Shown piece after piece: positions 50,935 through 64,000 of a stretch of DNA of 64,000 nt. The stretch is from Proteromonas lacertae (Eukaryota), in NCBI GenBank assembly GCA_002245135.1, contig NGBS01000585.1, forward strand, positions 1 to 64,000. Reading direction: 5' to 3'. Within the stretch, counting starts at the first letter, position 1. Each line of letters begins with the position of its first letter. A model generated the notes under the pieces. The model searched no databases and was not told the DNA's origin. It was given only the letters and a program-made list of their open reading frames with translations. A program made the position numbers and the translations under genes.

Positions 50935-53900
50935 ATGATTTCGAGTTTAGGTAGACGTATACATTATTTGTTTAATCACTGAAATAGTTCCACCAGAAAT
51001 TACAAGATTAGAACCTTCTTGTGGACCAAAGGATGGTGATACAGAAATTCATATACATGGTGAACATTTTCCAAAAGTTAAAAAAGCTAAAGTGATATTC
51101 AAATATAATAGAGACACAAGAACAGCACTTGGTTCTGTGTTGAGTACAACAGAAATTGTATGTAAAACACCAGGATTTCCTTTTTGTTGTGATGCTACAG
51201 TAGAAGTTTTAATTGACAAAATACTTACTAGAAGTGGTAAAAGATTCCATTTCTATGATGAATTGTATATAACTAAAGTAGTACCAGAAGTAGTAGCTCA
51301 AGAATGTCCATCTAAATTAAGTGTTTATGTAATGTGTGAAAGTTGGTCTATTTCCAACGATTGGACTAAAATTCCAAATTTAATACCAAATTATTCACCA
51401 GATGACACAAAATCTCCTCATTTCACTCCCTTTATTCGATTCATTTATGGAGATGGGAGACATGTTGAAGTAGAAGGTGTAGAAACAAGAGATTCAGAAC
51501 ATCGAATATTATTTACTTGTGAGCCGCCAATAGAGAGAACTGGTAAGATAATCACAGCAATTACACTGAATGGTATAGATTGGTCAACTAGACATAGAAG
51601 TATATTGTTTATACATTATTATATTAATAAAATAGATTGTAGTGATCTCTTAGAAATCTATGCTGAACCAAAATACGATAGAATTGTACCAGCGTGTAAA
51701 CCAATCCATGGAACAAAACATTTTGAAATAATTGGCTCGTCTATAGTTCAAACTAAAGATATAAAGATCACATTCTACAGATCTGACAATGATCAAAAAT
51801 TAGTTACAGTTACAGGTGATTGGGTAGATGACGGTCATATAGTATTTACATTAGGTGAATCAGTATATGAAGGTGAAAGTTATGCAAAAATATCAGTAAA
51901 TAATATGTTTGCAAATGTGAAATTACCATTTTATTTCTATCGATTTCCTAAGTATAAATCATGTAGTCCTGAATATGGATCATCAAATGGTGGTACTCCA
52001 GTGAGATTAGAATGTTTTCTAGAAGTTGTATATATTTATTTATTTATTTATTTATTTATTTATTATATGAATAGTTTGATAGAGATGGTGAGACTACACA
52101 TAGAAAAGATCTCAAAGATACTTATATAAAAGACACTAATGATATTACAGTAAGATTAATGCACAGTGGTCCATCAGTGAAAAACAATGTAATTGGTGTA
52201 GTTAAAGGTGAATTAGATATCAATGGTGATTTGCTATTTGAAACTCCTCCAAATATTAACTCTTTAGCTTATTATTATAGTAATGTCGAAGATGTGGATA
52301 TTGAAGTGGCTTTTGATGGTAAAACATATAATGGTGATTTGATATTTAGATATTATCAGTATAGATATTATATTATATTATATTTGTATATAGAGCTCCT
52401 ACTATTTTAGTTGTATCTGAAAATCCAATCTCTTGTGTTGGTGGAACTCCATTTACAGTATTATTGGCTGAACCAGTTCCAAATACAAAGACTTATTCAA
52501 TTAGATTCAAAGTTGGTGATGAATATTATATTCAACAAGCCGATACTGTTATTGAAAATGATCCTGATGCTAAACAGAAATTGGAATGTATGTTACCACA
52601 AGTGAAGAATGTTCCAGAAAGAGGATGTGAATGTGTAATTGATGTATCCTTTAATGATTTGGATTATTCAAAGTGTTATGCTGAAACTTATACTGTTCAT
52701 ATGTTTTTAACTCCAATACTGGTGAAGATAATACCAAATTTTGCACTTTCCAGTGGTGGTGATAAAATTGAACTACAATTTGATGGAATGGATACATATT
52801 TATCAGAATATGAACAATATAAAAACAAAAGTAAAAACTTCAGTAATTCACCAATAACTAATAATGACAATATCAAATCATTTAAATTAATTAAAGTGAA
52901 ATGGTCATGGCAGTCAAAGAGATATCAAGATCTATATACAGTTGATACTGTTGTTATTGAAAATGGTAAAGTATATGCATTTGTACCACAATGTTTAGCT
53001 GATACTCCTTTAGTAAGAGTGGATGTGGCATTAGGTGATTCCCCATTTGCACCATCTTCATGTATATTGACTTATTTTGAATTGCCTGAATTAACATCAT
53101 TATCTCCATCATCTGGACCAATTAGTGGTGGTTCTACTTTGAGTATTAAAGGAAATGGATTTGTTGATACTAATTATATAACTGTTAGATTTTTTAATTT
53201 AAATTTTAATTGTACAGTTGATGGTACTTATGTGAATGAGAATGAAATATTATGTGTTACTCCTGTTGCAAATATTGTTGGTTTTACTACGATTGAAGTA
53301 TCATTAAATGGTCAACAATTTAATCTTCAAAAACCATTGTTATTCTTATTTGTTCAATTACCTTTTTCTATTACATTACAACCGAGATATACTATGTATA
53401 ATACGGCTGCTCGTATTTCGTTATTAGCAAAAGATATCTTCTATCCAGGTGAATTATATGTAAAAATGACAAATGATTCAAATAAGCTTGAATATATTGT
53501 ACAAACTAAATACGATCCTGTTTTAGAATGGACTAAATATTTCAATATGTTTGAAAAGGCAGTAAATGGTGTATTTTCAGATGCTGTAGTTGGTGTTGGA
53601 TTAAAAAGATTGACAGATGTAATAGCTAAAAGAATGACAACTGCATTAAATACAAATACAGCCTATTTTATCACTCCAGACAACATACCGCCAGGTAAAA
53701 TTACATTTCATTTAAGTAGTGATGGTCAACAATTCAAATTAGCTGATGGTTATTTTGATGTGATTGATAATCCAGCAGTAAAGAAAATTACACCTACTGC
53801 CTTACATTGGAGTGGTGGTGAAAATATTAGAATAGTAGGAGGTAATCTACAAGATCTAGGTTGTATTAAAGTAAGGTTTACTTATCCAGAAACAAATGAA

Positions 53901-56657
53901 ACAATATTAGTAGAAGGAAGATCAATAAAAGGAGGTATTGAGTGTATAAGTCCTGAATTCTCAAAGTGTGGTGATTGGTATTATTCTGTTACTTTAGATG
54001 GAATAAAATTCATTACATCTTTACCAATACCAATATATGGCAAGATAGTAATTGAAGAAATATATCCAAATCTTGGTACAATTCGTGGTGACACAATGGT
54101 GACTGTTACTGGAAGTGGATTTGCTGATTCAGGTGTAGCAAAGGCAAGATTAACAGTAATAGATAATGAAAATAATGTATATGAACCATTAGTAGTATCA
54201 GGTAAATATATTGATAATAAAATAGTATTTACTACTCCTCGATTTCCTTCATCAGGTAAAGCAAAAGTGGAAGTAAGTATGAATAATAGAGATTGGAATT
54301 GTGTCTATCAAAATAGAAACGGTGATACAGATATTATATACTTTTTAGTATATCCTCAACCTGTTATAACAAATATTCAAATTAGTGGTAATTATAGAGA
54401 TATAGTTCATATTGAAGGAAACAATTTCTATTCTTACGGACCTGTTATTGTAAGATTTAAACCATTAGATGGTGAAAAGAAAGGTGAAAAATTAGATGTA
54501 AATGGACAAATATGGAGTTCTTCTGTAATTGAATGTAAATCACCATCATTATATACAAAATGTTGTATAATAGAAATAAGTCTAGATGATAAACATTATA
54601 CGAGACAGAAAATAGGAATTGAATTTAAAGTAATACCAATTATAACAGCGATTAGCCCAAGTTGGGGACCTCTTTGTGGAGGAACAACTTTAACACTAAC
54701 AGGAGAGAATTTTGAGAATACTGGTAAAATCGTTGTGTCATTCTCCTGTGAATGGGGTGGAGATAGAAGAGTATTAGGATTATTCACTGAAGATGGTACA
54801 ATACAGTGTCAAGCACCATCATTTTTAGATTGTCAAAGAATGAGAAGGCATAAGAATTTGAATGTGAAAGTGGATGTATGTTTGTTAGGTGGTAGAACTA
54901 TTAGAACATTGCCACTACTAATTCCATTGAAGATATTTAGATACTACGATAAAGATCCATTGATATGGGCAGTTAAACCAAAAGATGGACCAGTTTATGG
55001 AAATTTTGCAATGTTTCTTGAAACTCAACAAGTTCATAACACAAAAGATTTGATAGTGAGATTAAGACATGAAGCAACAGGTGAAACATTTTATATTAAA
55101 CCAAAGTATAAGAAAGGAGGACAATTATCATTAATGGCTCCAGCTTGGGAATATTCCTCAGATGGTACTGTTGCTGTGAATGTTACTTATAATGGACAAG
55201 ATTATTCAAATGATCATAAAAGAGCTAAATTAGGTATTTGGTCTACATGGCAGAATAGACCAGGAGCTGCAAAGAATCAATCACAACAACAAACCAAAAG
55301 TTTTGATAATCCAATGGATATAACAGGAGGTACAGCTGAGAAGTATGTTAGTTTGAAAGTTATTAAAGAGAATACTGAAACTGATTATTCTCTTAGACCA
55401 ACTAGTAGAGTATGGAAGATTAAAGATTCTCCATTTGCACTACCTTCACCAGAGACTGTTCATAATGATTTATTCTTAAATGATAAAAAACTTCAAGAAA
55501 CAGCTAAGAAAACAGAAGCATTAGCTCCAAAAGATGATAAAAATCCAATATGGTTGAATAAAGGTGCATATTTCACTGAATATGATACACCATTTACTGT
55601 TGAAGATCCGCCAGTAAATGAACAAGTATATCATCCACCATTTACAGAATTTACAGAAATGGATGATGAATTATTAAAGCAATTAGATGCTATGGAATCA
55701 GAAGGTGATTTATACTCAATCCCACAAACTGCCAAAAGTAAATCAAGAGCATCTTTAGTATTATCACCATATCCAATGACAAGAGATCATGAAAGTTTAA
55801 GAGAATCATTTCATCGATCATTATTAGATGCACCAAATATGGCACTTCTTAATGAGCAATTACAGGAGCAACAGAAACCATCTTCGCCTTCTAAGAGCAA
55901 TAGACCAAAAAGTGCATTATTAATAAGACCGAGTACAACAATGACTTCAACAGCAAATAATACATTAAGATCAACTTTAAGAAGTGAAAGTGCTGCATCA
56001 TTGTTATTACCTCCTACAATTCCAAGAGCACAAACAGTTCCTCCTAATCAATCATTATTATCATCAACTACATCATACAATAGATGTATATCACCAAAAA
56101 CACCATCATTCGATAATAACAAAGGAAGATCAAGATCAGTAATGGATAATAATATGTTTAATAATAACAGAACATCTCCAACATCTTCTCTAAGACCACA
56201 ATCAGAATTAGCAATGAATAATTCTTTATGTAATACCAAATTTGATTCAACCACAAAATCAACATTTTATGAAACAGGCAATAGTGTTTATAAACCAACT
56301 CCATTCAATAATACTAATTCTCCAGTAAGGAAAAGAAGAGAAATTACTCCAGCAAGGACAATCAAAAAACCAGAATCTAGATGTCCTTATCACTCTGAAT
56401 TATCAATATATTTAAGAGATTTATTTTTAAATCCATCTGATGGGCATGATACTCAAATATGTTTTATGAGAGTATTACAAACATTTGATAAGAATTGGGA
56501 TAATACCTTAGATTATCGATCATTTTGTATGGGTATTAGAAAATTATTACCTGATATTTCTGAAGAAAGATTAAGTGAATGTTGGAGAGAAGTAGTTCCA
56601 AAAGAAAAAACTCATATCTATTATTCTGAATATATAAATAGTTTAGGTCGTATATAA
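50935..56657 (+). CDS. Large IPT/TIG-repeat protein with C-terminal EF-hand-like motif
   Basis: Repeated (L/I)xPxxGPxxGGTx(L/V)xIxGxxF...VSLNG units; C-terminal DKNWDNTLDYRSF. Confidence 0.8.
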
Positions 56658-56698
56658 AATAAAATAAAAATATATATATGAATTATTTTTTCCTTTAA

Positions 56699-59600
56699 TT
56701 ATTTTATATTCCAAAATTCTTTAGACAATTCTCTCTTCACTTCTTCTGAAATTCCATTTAGCTCAATTATTCCAATTGATGAAAATGTTTTTAAAAATGA
56801 TTGTAATTGTGATATTTCAATATTCTCTTTTACAGTTATTAAGAATGTTTCTAAACTGTCAAATATTTCTTTATTTTCTATTAGCAATTTTAATCTTTCT
56901 TCATTTAATTCATACTCCTAACATTGTTATCTTATTTAATCTTTTATAGTTTTTTAATCTATCTATAAGCATTTTTAATCCTTCATCACTCATTCCAATA
57001 TCTATTAATTTAAAAACTAATATGTTCATAAGATACTTGATATATTTATTGATGAATAATCGTTATACTTATACACAATTTTACCTATATTTTCACATAT
57101 TATTTTTATCCCTTCATCTCCAATTGGATTATGATGAATTGGAATGTATTCTGAATCTTTTGGTAAGTTTTCCATTAATTCCTTTAATCCTTTACTACTA
57201 ATGTTATTGTAAGCTAAATAAAGACTTTGATAATCAATTTGCTTGATTAATGAAATATGAGAATCATGAATTTTTAAATCTATTTCCATTAGAATTATAT
57301 AGTCTTTATACGTGCAAAATCATTTTCTCCATAATCTTTTCTCTTCTTTTTAATACAATAATTCAAATAATATTCTACTTCTTCATTATTCCATAATAGA
57401 TTTTTAATGTCTATAAATGGATATTCTTCATCTGCTAATGATTTTGAACAAACAGATTTTAATCCATCAATTCTGATGTTATTTCCTTTTAAATTTATAT
57501 TTTTACATTTACCTAAAGAATCTATTATATCTGATAATAAAATCACACTTTCATCATCTATTGATATATTACTCAAATTAATTTCACCATCCTCTATCAT
57601 CAATAGATTCGGGTAGTATAATAATAGGTTAAATCCATCATTACCAATTGGATTATCTATTGAAGAAATGATAAATAGTAAAACAAATATACTATGAATT
57701 AATAATTTTACAAAAGAGTATCTGTCATTATTCACCAAACATTTAATTAAATAATCTATTCCATCTGAATCTATTTTATTATCACTAACATCAAGCACAA
57801 TATTGTCATCATATTTTTCTAGAGATAAATATTGTAATCCATGTGAAGATAATCCCAACTCTATTTTATATTAACAAACAAATAATACTAGAAAAATAAC
57901 AAAAGAAGAAACTACTGAAACAATCACCTGTATTTTTCATAAAATAATGGTGATATGGTGATAATAATTTCATTCCTTCATCTCCAATTTCATTTCCATT
58001 TAAATGAAGTTTATAAAGTTTTGGAATTGATGATAGATTATTAATCAATATTTCTATACTTTTATAAGTCAGTTTATTATCTAAGAGGTATTAACATATT
58101 AAGTTATACTTCTCAAATTTAACTCTGTGATTTCTCTTAATTCATTTAATCTTAATGAAATGAATGATTTGAAGAAATCATCATCAATCCCCATATCACT
58201 CAAATCTAATTGACGCATAGTATTAATTAATTGCGGAATGTCTTTATCTATTAACAACTCTTTACATGGATCGCAATATGTATCTGGAAATTTGGAGAAT
58301 AAGGCTTTTAATGCAAATGAATGAATATTATCATTCCATTGAATATCTATTTTCTTAAGATTTGGATATTTATATAATTTTTCTGATAATAATATCATAG
58401 ATTCATCATTTAAATTCATTTCATAAAGATTTAATTCATTTTTACTATTAATTAATAAATGTAAATATGGAAGCAATAATCTAAAGCCTTTTGAACGACT
58501 GGATTAACTACAACAAAATTAGATCAAAAATAAAATAATATATACATGTAAGATTCATATATTTCATCATGAATGGAATTGATTTTATAAATGATTTAAT
58601 GAAATCAGAAGTAACACCACATGATGATATATTCAATTCTTGTAGATTAGATAATTGAGATAAATATGACCCAAAGAGTGATTGATACTGAAATGGAATT
58701 CTAATATTATCTAAACAAACAAATTAATAATATACTAAAATTCAGTTTTGTTGGATTTATTAATTTCATTATCCAAAAGAAATAATACATTCCTTTTTTG
58801 CAGGCACAAATATGATCTTTATCAATTCTAATTTCTTCATAATGACTAGAAACATTAAATATTATTCTATCTAATTTACATTTATTTCCTTCTTCACATT
58901 GGTGATTAACTTGAAATTTCAATTTCACGTTCTATTGATCTATCAAATTTGTATATTTTCATCATCAATAGCATAGCTAATATTCTTTCATTGGGTTTAT
59001 TATTGTATGATTCTATCAAATCATCTCGAACCTCTTCCCATTTATCACTTTCAAGATTGTATTTTAATGAATTAGTAATTGGTAGAGGAACAATCAAATA
59101 ATCATTATTGAATAACGTTTCTTTTCTTTCATTACACATCATTACATTATCTTCTTCATCTCTCAATATTTCACTCATCTTTATCATCTCTTTTTTCAAC
59201 TCTTTTAAACTCATTCTATTCTCATTGTTCACTTTCAACATTCTTTCTATTATTTCTTTCATTTTATCATCACATTCTATATCAAAACTATATTTACATC
59301 TCACAATATTCTCTTTCGTTTTTCTCATATTATTATCTTCATTGAATGGTAATTTATTGTTATCATCTCATATAAAATACATCCAATTGACCAAATCACA
59401 CTTTTCTCATTACATTCTAATCCATTTAATTCTTCAGGGCTTTTGAAGCATATATCATATAATCTCATATCTTCCTCTTTTCTCAATGTGTTTAACCATA
59501 CATCACAGATCTTTATTTTATCTTCTTCATATATCACATTACTACTCTTCACATTATCAGCTTCTACATCATATTCATTCAACATCATCATAAGATTGGA

Positions 59601-59950
59601 TATTGAACATATCACATCATAAATTTCCCAATTGCATATGGATTTATTCTTAATAATCTCTTCTAAATCTCTGTCATAGTATTTTCTTTCCAATACAACA
59701 TATGCACTGTTTTTATCGAATTGATTCATTTTATATGGAAGAATAAATGATAAACACCATCCAGAATAAGTTGCTTGATTTTCATAGAATTTTAATATTT
59801 TATTTTCTTTTATATCAGCAACATTCAAAATCTTCACCATATGTATATCATTATGTGTGTTGAACTGTCACATCTATTTCATTACCACTCTTTTTTACCT
59901 TGTTTTTTATCTACAATTGTATATAAGCCATAATACTTTAGCATGACATG
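56699..59950 (-). pseudogene. Degenerate (pseudo)kinase + RNI-like LRR gene, paralog of 1341-4666
   Basis: EADNVKSSNVIY, IKICDVW, FKSPEELNGLECNE, WSIGCILYEM with a frameshift near 59358. LRRs LNGNEIGDEG, NPIGNDG, YNNISSKGL. Start approximate. Confidence 0.7.
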
Positions 59951-60064
59951 AAAATGCAGCGTATAACTCAACGTCCATGGATGAATATATGCAAAATGAC
60001 TTTTTCATTTTTACATTTTTTTGTTTATTTTTACATACATAATCTGCAACATTATGAGAATTGG

Positions 60065-60170
60065 ATAATCATCTTCAATGAATGGTAATTTATTGTTTAT
60101 CATTTCATATAACTATATTCTTTAAAATACTAATCCATTCAGGAATATTAAATCTTCATTCTCTAGTACA
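60065..60170 (-). pseudogene. Small remnant of another kinase-LRR family copy
   Basis: Minus strand reads LYEMINNKLPFIEDD, matching the family segment at ~59335-59375. Confidence 0.45.
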
Positions 60171-60575
60171 ATGTTACTAATGAATTATATTCACTCAATA
60201 TTATTTATACATTATATAATCTATATACCACACTGTAAACATCACTTTATGATGAATGTATGTATTAAACTGTTTTCATTGAATTTTAATTTGTTATTTC
60301 TTTTTATTCCATTTATATTCAAAGTATAACCATTTTCATATCTCCTTCATCTTTCACAACCAAAACAACTTAATTTTCACTCTTTGTCAACTCTTTTTTA
60401 AATCTAGTCATGATAATAACGTGATTTTACCACAAATTTTTATAAAATACTATCAATACAATGCATATAAATGAAAAAGAAAAGTGGCTCAAAAATTGGT
60501 CTGAAAGTCACTTTTTATCAAGCCAAGACATTCGTTTTTAAAAACGTTTTTTATTTCTTTTGAATTTAATACAAG

Positions 60576-63500
60576 ATGGATGCAATTATGTATACTAAAA
60601 AGAGGAACGAATTTGGGTTCCATTGCTACTTTGATGATGTAAAAGGTCAAATACTTCATACTGTTGAACCAACGTATAATTTATAGTAATGTAATATAAT
60701 AGAGGTGAATTTGATGATAAATATATATTTAGAAATCCTACAAGTGTTGAATTAGATACAACTCCTGATATATGTTATCATGCTGTATTGTTTGGATTTT
60801 ATATAAAAATTATAGGTTGGAACAGAAAGAGTCATTTTATGTAATAAAGGTATGCATCATACAGAAGGAGGCTGGCCAAAAGAAGTCGATGTTGATGATA
60901 ATGATGCAAAGAATCGTTTTAGAAAGAAGACAGAGAAGGGTATCGCTGATAAAGATGGATCTGGAGGTACTGCACCTATAGCAGAATCAATAAAACGTTT
61001 AGGACCAGTAATTGTAGAAAGTGTTCGTCAAAATAGTACAATAGATTTATACGAAGAATATTTTGATGGTGAAATGGAAGATCATTCAAGTGAACCACCA
61101 TCCGCTAAAGGTTTAGCCAAATTCAGAGATCCTAACGATGTAAAAAGATCAGCTACCAGTATCAATTGGAATCCAGAAGCTCCTAATAAATTAGCTATAT
61201 CCTATTCAATATTAAATTTTCAAGATCAAAGATTTTTAAATGAAAGAATGCCAGTACAATCCTATGTTTGGGATATTAACAATCCAAACGCTCCAGAACA
61301 AGAACTTGTACCAGCATCACCACTCTGCTGTTTGAAATTCAATAAATCTCCAGATACACTAGTAGGTGGATCATATAATGGTTTAATCACTTTCTTTGAT
61401 ATAAGAAAGTCTGGTGGTAATCCCTGTGAAGTATCTGTAATAGAAAACTCACATCATGATCCAGTATATGATATTCACTGGGTACAAAGTAAGACAGGTA
61501 ATCAATGTGCTTCAGTATCAACAGATGGAAGAGTGTTATGGTGGGATACTCGTAGATTGAATGAACCAACTGATGTAGTTGAATTATTAGATGAATCAAC
61601 AGGACAATTGTTAGGAGGTAGTTCAATGGCATATTTACAAGAAGCAGGTCCAACTAAGTACTTAGTAGGTTCAGAACAAGGTTTAGTTATAAATATCAAT
61701 ATGAGAAACAAGAAACAAGGAGGTGCTTTGACTGTATATGATCCAATAGGTAGACATCATGCACCAATCACAGCAATAGAAAGAAATCCAGCACATCCTA
61801 AATACTTCTTAACAGTAGGTGATTGGACAGCTAGATTATGGGTAGAAGACCTCAGAACTCCGATTATGACTACACAATATCATCCATCTTACTTAACATC
61901 AGGATGTTGGAGTCCAACCAGACCAGGTGTATTCTATGTAACAAGAATGGATGGTGTTGTAGATGTTTGGGATTATTTCCATACACAAAGTGAAGTTGCT
62001 TATTCACATAAGGTTGGTGATTTACCATTATCATCTATTGCAATTCAAGGTGCTACTAGAAATGGAGGTGGTAAATTAGTTGCTATTGGTGATGTTAGTG
62101 GTACAGTAACTTTATTAGAAGTATGTGATAGTTTATCAGTTCCAAGGTCGAATGAGAAAGTAGCGATAGGCAATATGTTGGAAAGAGAAACAAAAAGAGA
62201 AAAGAATCTAAGTGCAAGAATAAAGGAAATAAAGAAGAGACAACAACAGCAAGCATTAGAAAAGAAAGCTGAACAAGATATAGCAAGAGAAGCAAATTCT
62301 GATTCAATGATAGCTTTGTTGAAGAAAGTGGAAGAAGATTTTGATAATTTAATTAATGAAGAAGAAGAGGAGGAGAAGAAAGAAGAAAAGCCAGTTGCTG
62401 AAGCTGTTGCTAAAGAAGGTGATGATAGTAAACCAAAGAATCAAGAGAGTAAAGCAGAATTAGAAGGAGAAGCTAAACCAGCAGAAGGAGAAGTTAAACC
62501 AACAGAAGAAGGTGAAGCTAAACCAGCAGAAGGTGAAGAAAAGCCTGCTGAAGGAGAAGCTAAAGCAGAAGGAGAAGAAGTTAAACCAACAGAAGGAGAA
62601 GAAAAGCCTGCTGAAGGAGAAGCTAAAGCAGAAGGCGAAGAAGCTAAACCAGAAGGAGAAGAAACTAAACCAGTAGAAGGAGAAGAAGTTAAACCAACAG
62701 AAGGTGAAGAAAAGCCTGCTGAAGGAGAAGCTAAAGCAGAAGGCGAAGAAGCTAAACCAGAAGGAGAAGAAACTAAACCAGTAGAAGGTGAAGAAAAGCC
62801 TGCTGAAGATGAAGCAAAACCAGCAGAAGGTGAAGAAGGAAAACCTGTTGAAGGAGAAGCTAAACCAGAAGGAGAAGAAACTAAACCAACAGAAGGAGAA
62901 GAAAAGCCTGCTGAAGGAGAAGCTAAAGCAGAAGGCGAAGAAGCTAAACCAGAAGGTGAAGAAGGAAAACCTGTTGAAGGAGAAGAAAGTAAGGTTACAG
63001 AAGGAGAAAGCACATTTACTGATGATTTCAAAGAATCAGAAAGTAAAGTAGAAGAAGGAGAAGGAAAACCAGTTGAAGGAGAAGAAAGTAAAGTTACAGA
63101 AGGAGAATCACAATTAGTTGATGATTTTGAAGAATCAAAAGCTGAAGGAGAAGAAAAGCCAGAAGGTGAAGAAGAAGCAAAAACTGAAGAAACAAAACTT
63201 CCTGAAGGTGAAGCACAGGCTGAAGGAGAAGATAAGCCAGTAGAAGGAGAAGAAGAAAAACCTGCTGAAGAAGAAGAAAGCAATACAGACGATGCAACAA
63301 AACGAAAATTATCGCCTGGAAGAGAAATGGCAATTGGTCAATATGGTAATATACAAGATGTTCAATTAGAACAATCAACTGAAGAAGCACCAGCAGAAGA
63401 AGCAGCTCCAGTTGAAGAAGAACAACCAGCTGAAGAACAACCAGCAACAGAAGAAGCTCCAACTGAAGAGGAAAAACCAGCTGAAGAAGCACCAGCAGAA

Positions 63501-63797
63501 GAAGAAGCACCAGCTGAAGAAAAACCAGCAGAAGAACAACCAGCAACAGAAGAAGTTCCAACTGAAGAGGAAAAACCAGCTGAAGAGGAAAAACCAGCAG
63601 AAGAAGCACCAGCTGAAGAAGAAACACCAGCTGAAGAACAACCAGCTGAGGGAGAAACACCAGCTGAAGAACAACCAGCTGAAGAAGAAACACCAGCAAC
63701 AGAAGAAGCTCCAGAAGAAGATACAACCGATAAAGTTGAAGAAAGTGGTTTTGATGATGATTTTGCAGATAGTAAAGCAGAAGAATCAACAGAATAA
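60576..63797 (+). CDS. DNAI2: Axonemal outer-arm dynein intermediate chain 2 (IC2/IC69) with long acidic repeat tail
   Basis: YTKKRNEFG, GMHHTEGGWPKEVD, QNSTIDLYEEYF, FRDPNDVKRSA, SHHDPVY, FLTVGDWTARLW, WSPTRPGVF, MLERETKREKNL; WD40 core. Confidence 0.93.
62460..63780 (+). repeat. Coding tandem repeats (EGEAKPAEGEEKP; then EEAPA/EEQPA/EEKPA)
   Basis: Directly visible near-identical blocks such as gaaaagcctgctgaaggagaagctaaagcagaagg, repeated four times. Confidence 0.9.
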
Positions 63798-64000
63798 ACA
63801 GAGAGAAGTTTTTCCCTTCCATCTTCTTTCTGATAATATAAATAATCTCTTATACACATTCCTTCTTAATTAATGATTATTATTTACTTTTTGTATTATA
63901 TTAAGTAACAAAAACAAATAAAAATAACTATAAATAATAAATAACTAAAAACAATATTCTTTCTCTATAAATTCTGCTTGAACTTTTGTATATCTTGACC

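Noticed and set aside
62460..63780. Repeat array as CRISPR or a mobile element
   Set aside because: The repeats are in-frame coding units without unique spacers, in a eukaryotic gene, with no cas or transposase genes nearby.
62441..63873. Long antisense and alternate-frame ORFs over the DNAI2 tail (similar ones over NEK and ZNF207)
   Set aside because: These are shadow ORFs of low-complexity coding repeats with no independent coding signal.

Overview
Very AT-rich, gene-dense eukaryotic nuclear DNA using the standard code. Genes carry many tiny GT-AG introns (~25-50 nt), and intergenic spacers are often under 150 nt. The gene content (axonemal dynein IC2, an ODA-docking-complex subunit, NEK, RP2/TBCC-like, Vps16, Rab1, Bet5, Rrp42, eIF4E, SPP, PGAP1-like, GH2 beta-mannosidase) indicates a flagellated protist. 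It resembles a Proteromonas/Blastocystis-like stramenopile, but that assignment is inference only. About 29 genes were reconstructed by eye; several carry single-base frameshifts that look like assembly errors. Main discovery: a near-canonical TPP (thiamine pyrophosphate) riboswitch aptamer with a long P3 extension (26123-26289, minus strand). It lies inside a 454-nt intron, roughly ten times the usual size here, of a signal-peptide/GPI-anchored repeat surface protein unrelated to the usual riboswitch-controlled thiamine genes. Other observations: two divergent U12-like AT-AC/AT-AA introns, a tandem family of three intronless Cys-rich orphan genes with a gene-conversion tract and a duplicated hairpin element, two degenerate pseudokinase-LRR loci, a multi-pass membrane pseudokinase-kinase, two recurrent promoter motifs, and a very long acidic repeat tail on dynein IC2. 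Gene boundaries are manual and approximate.
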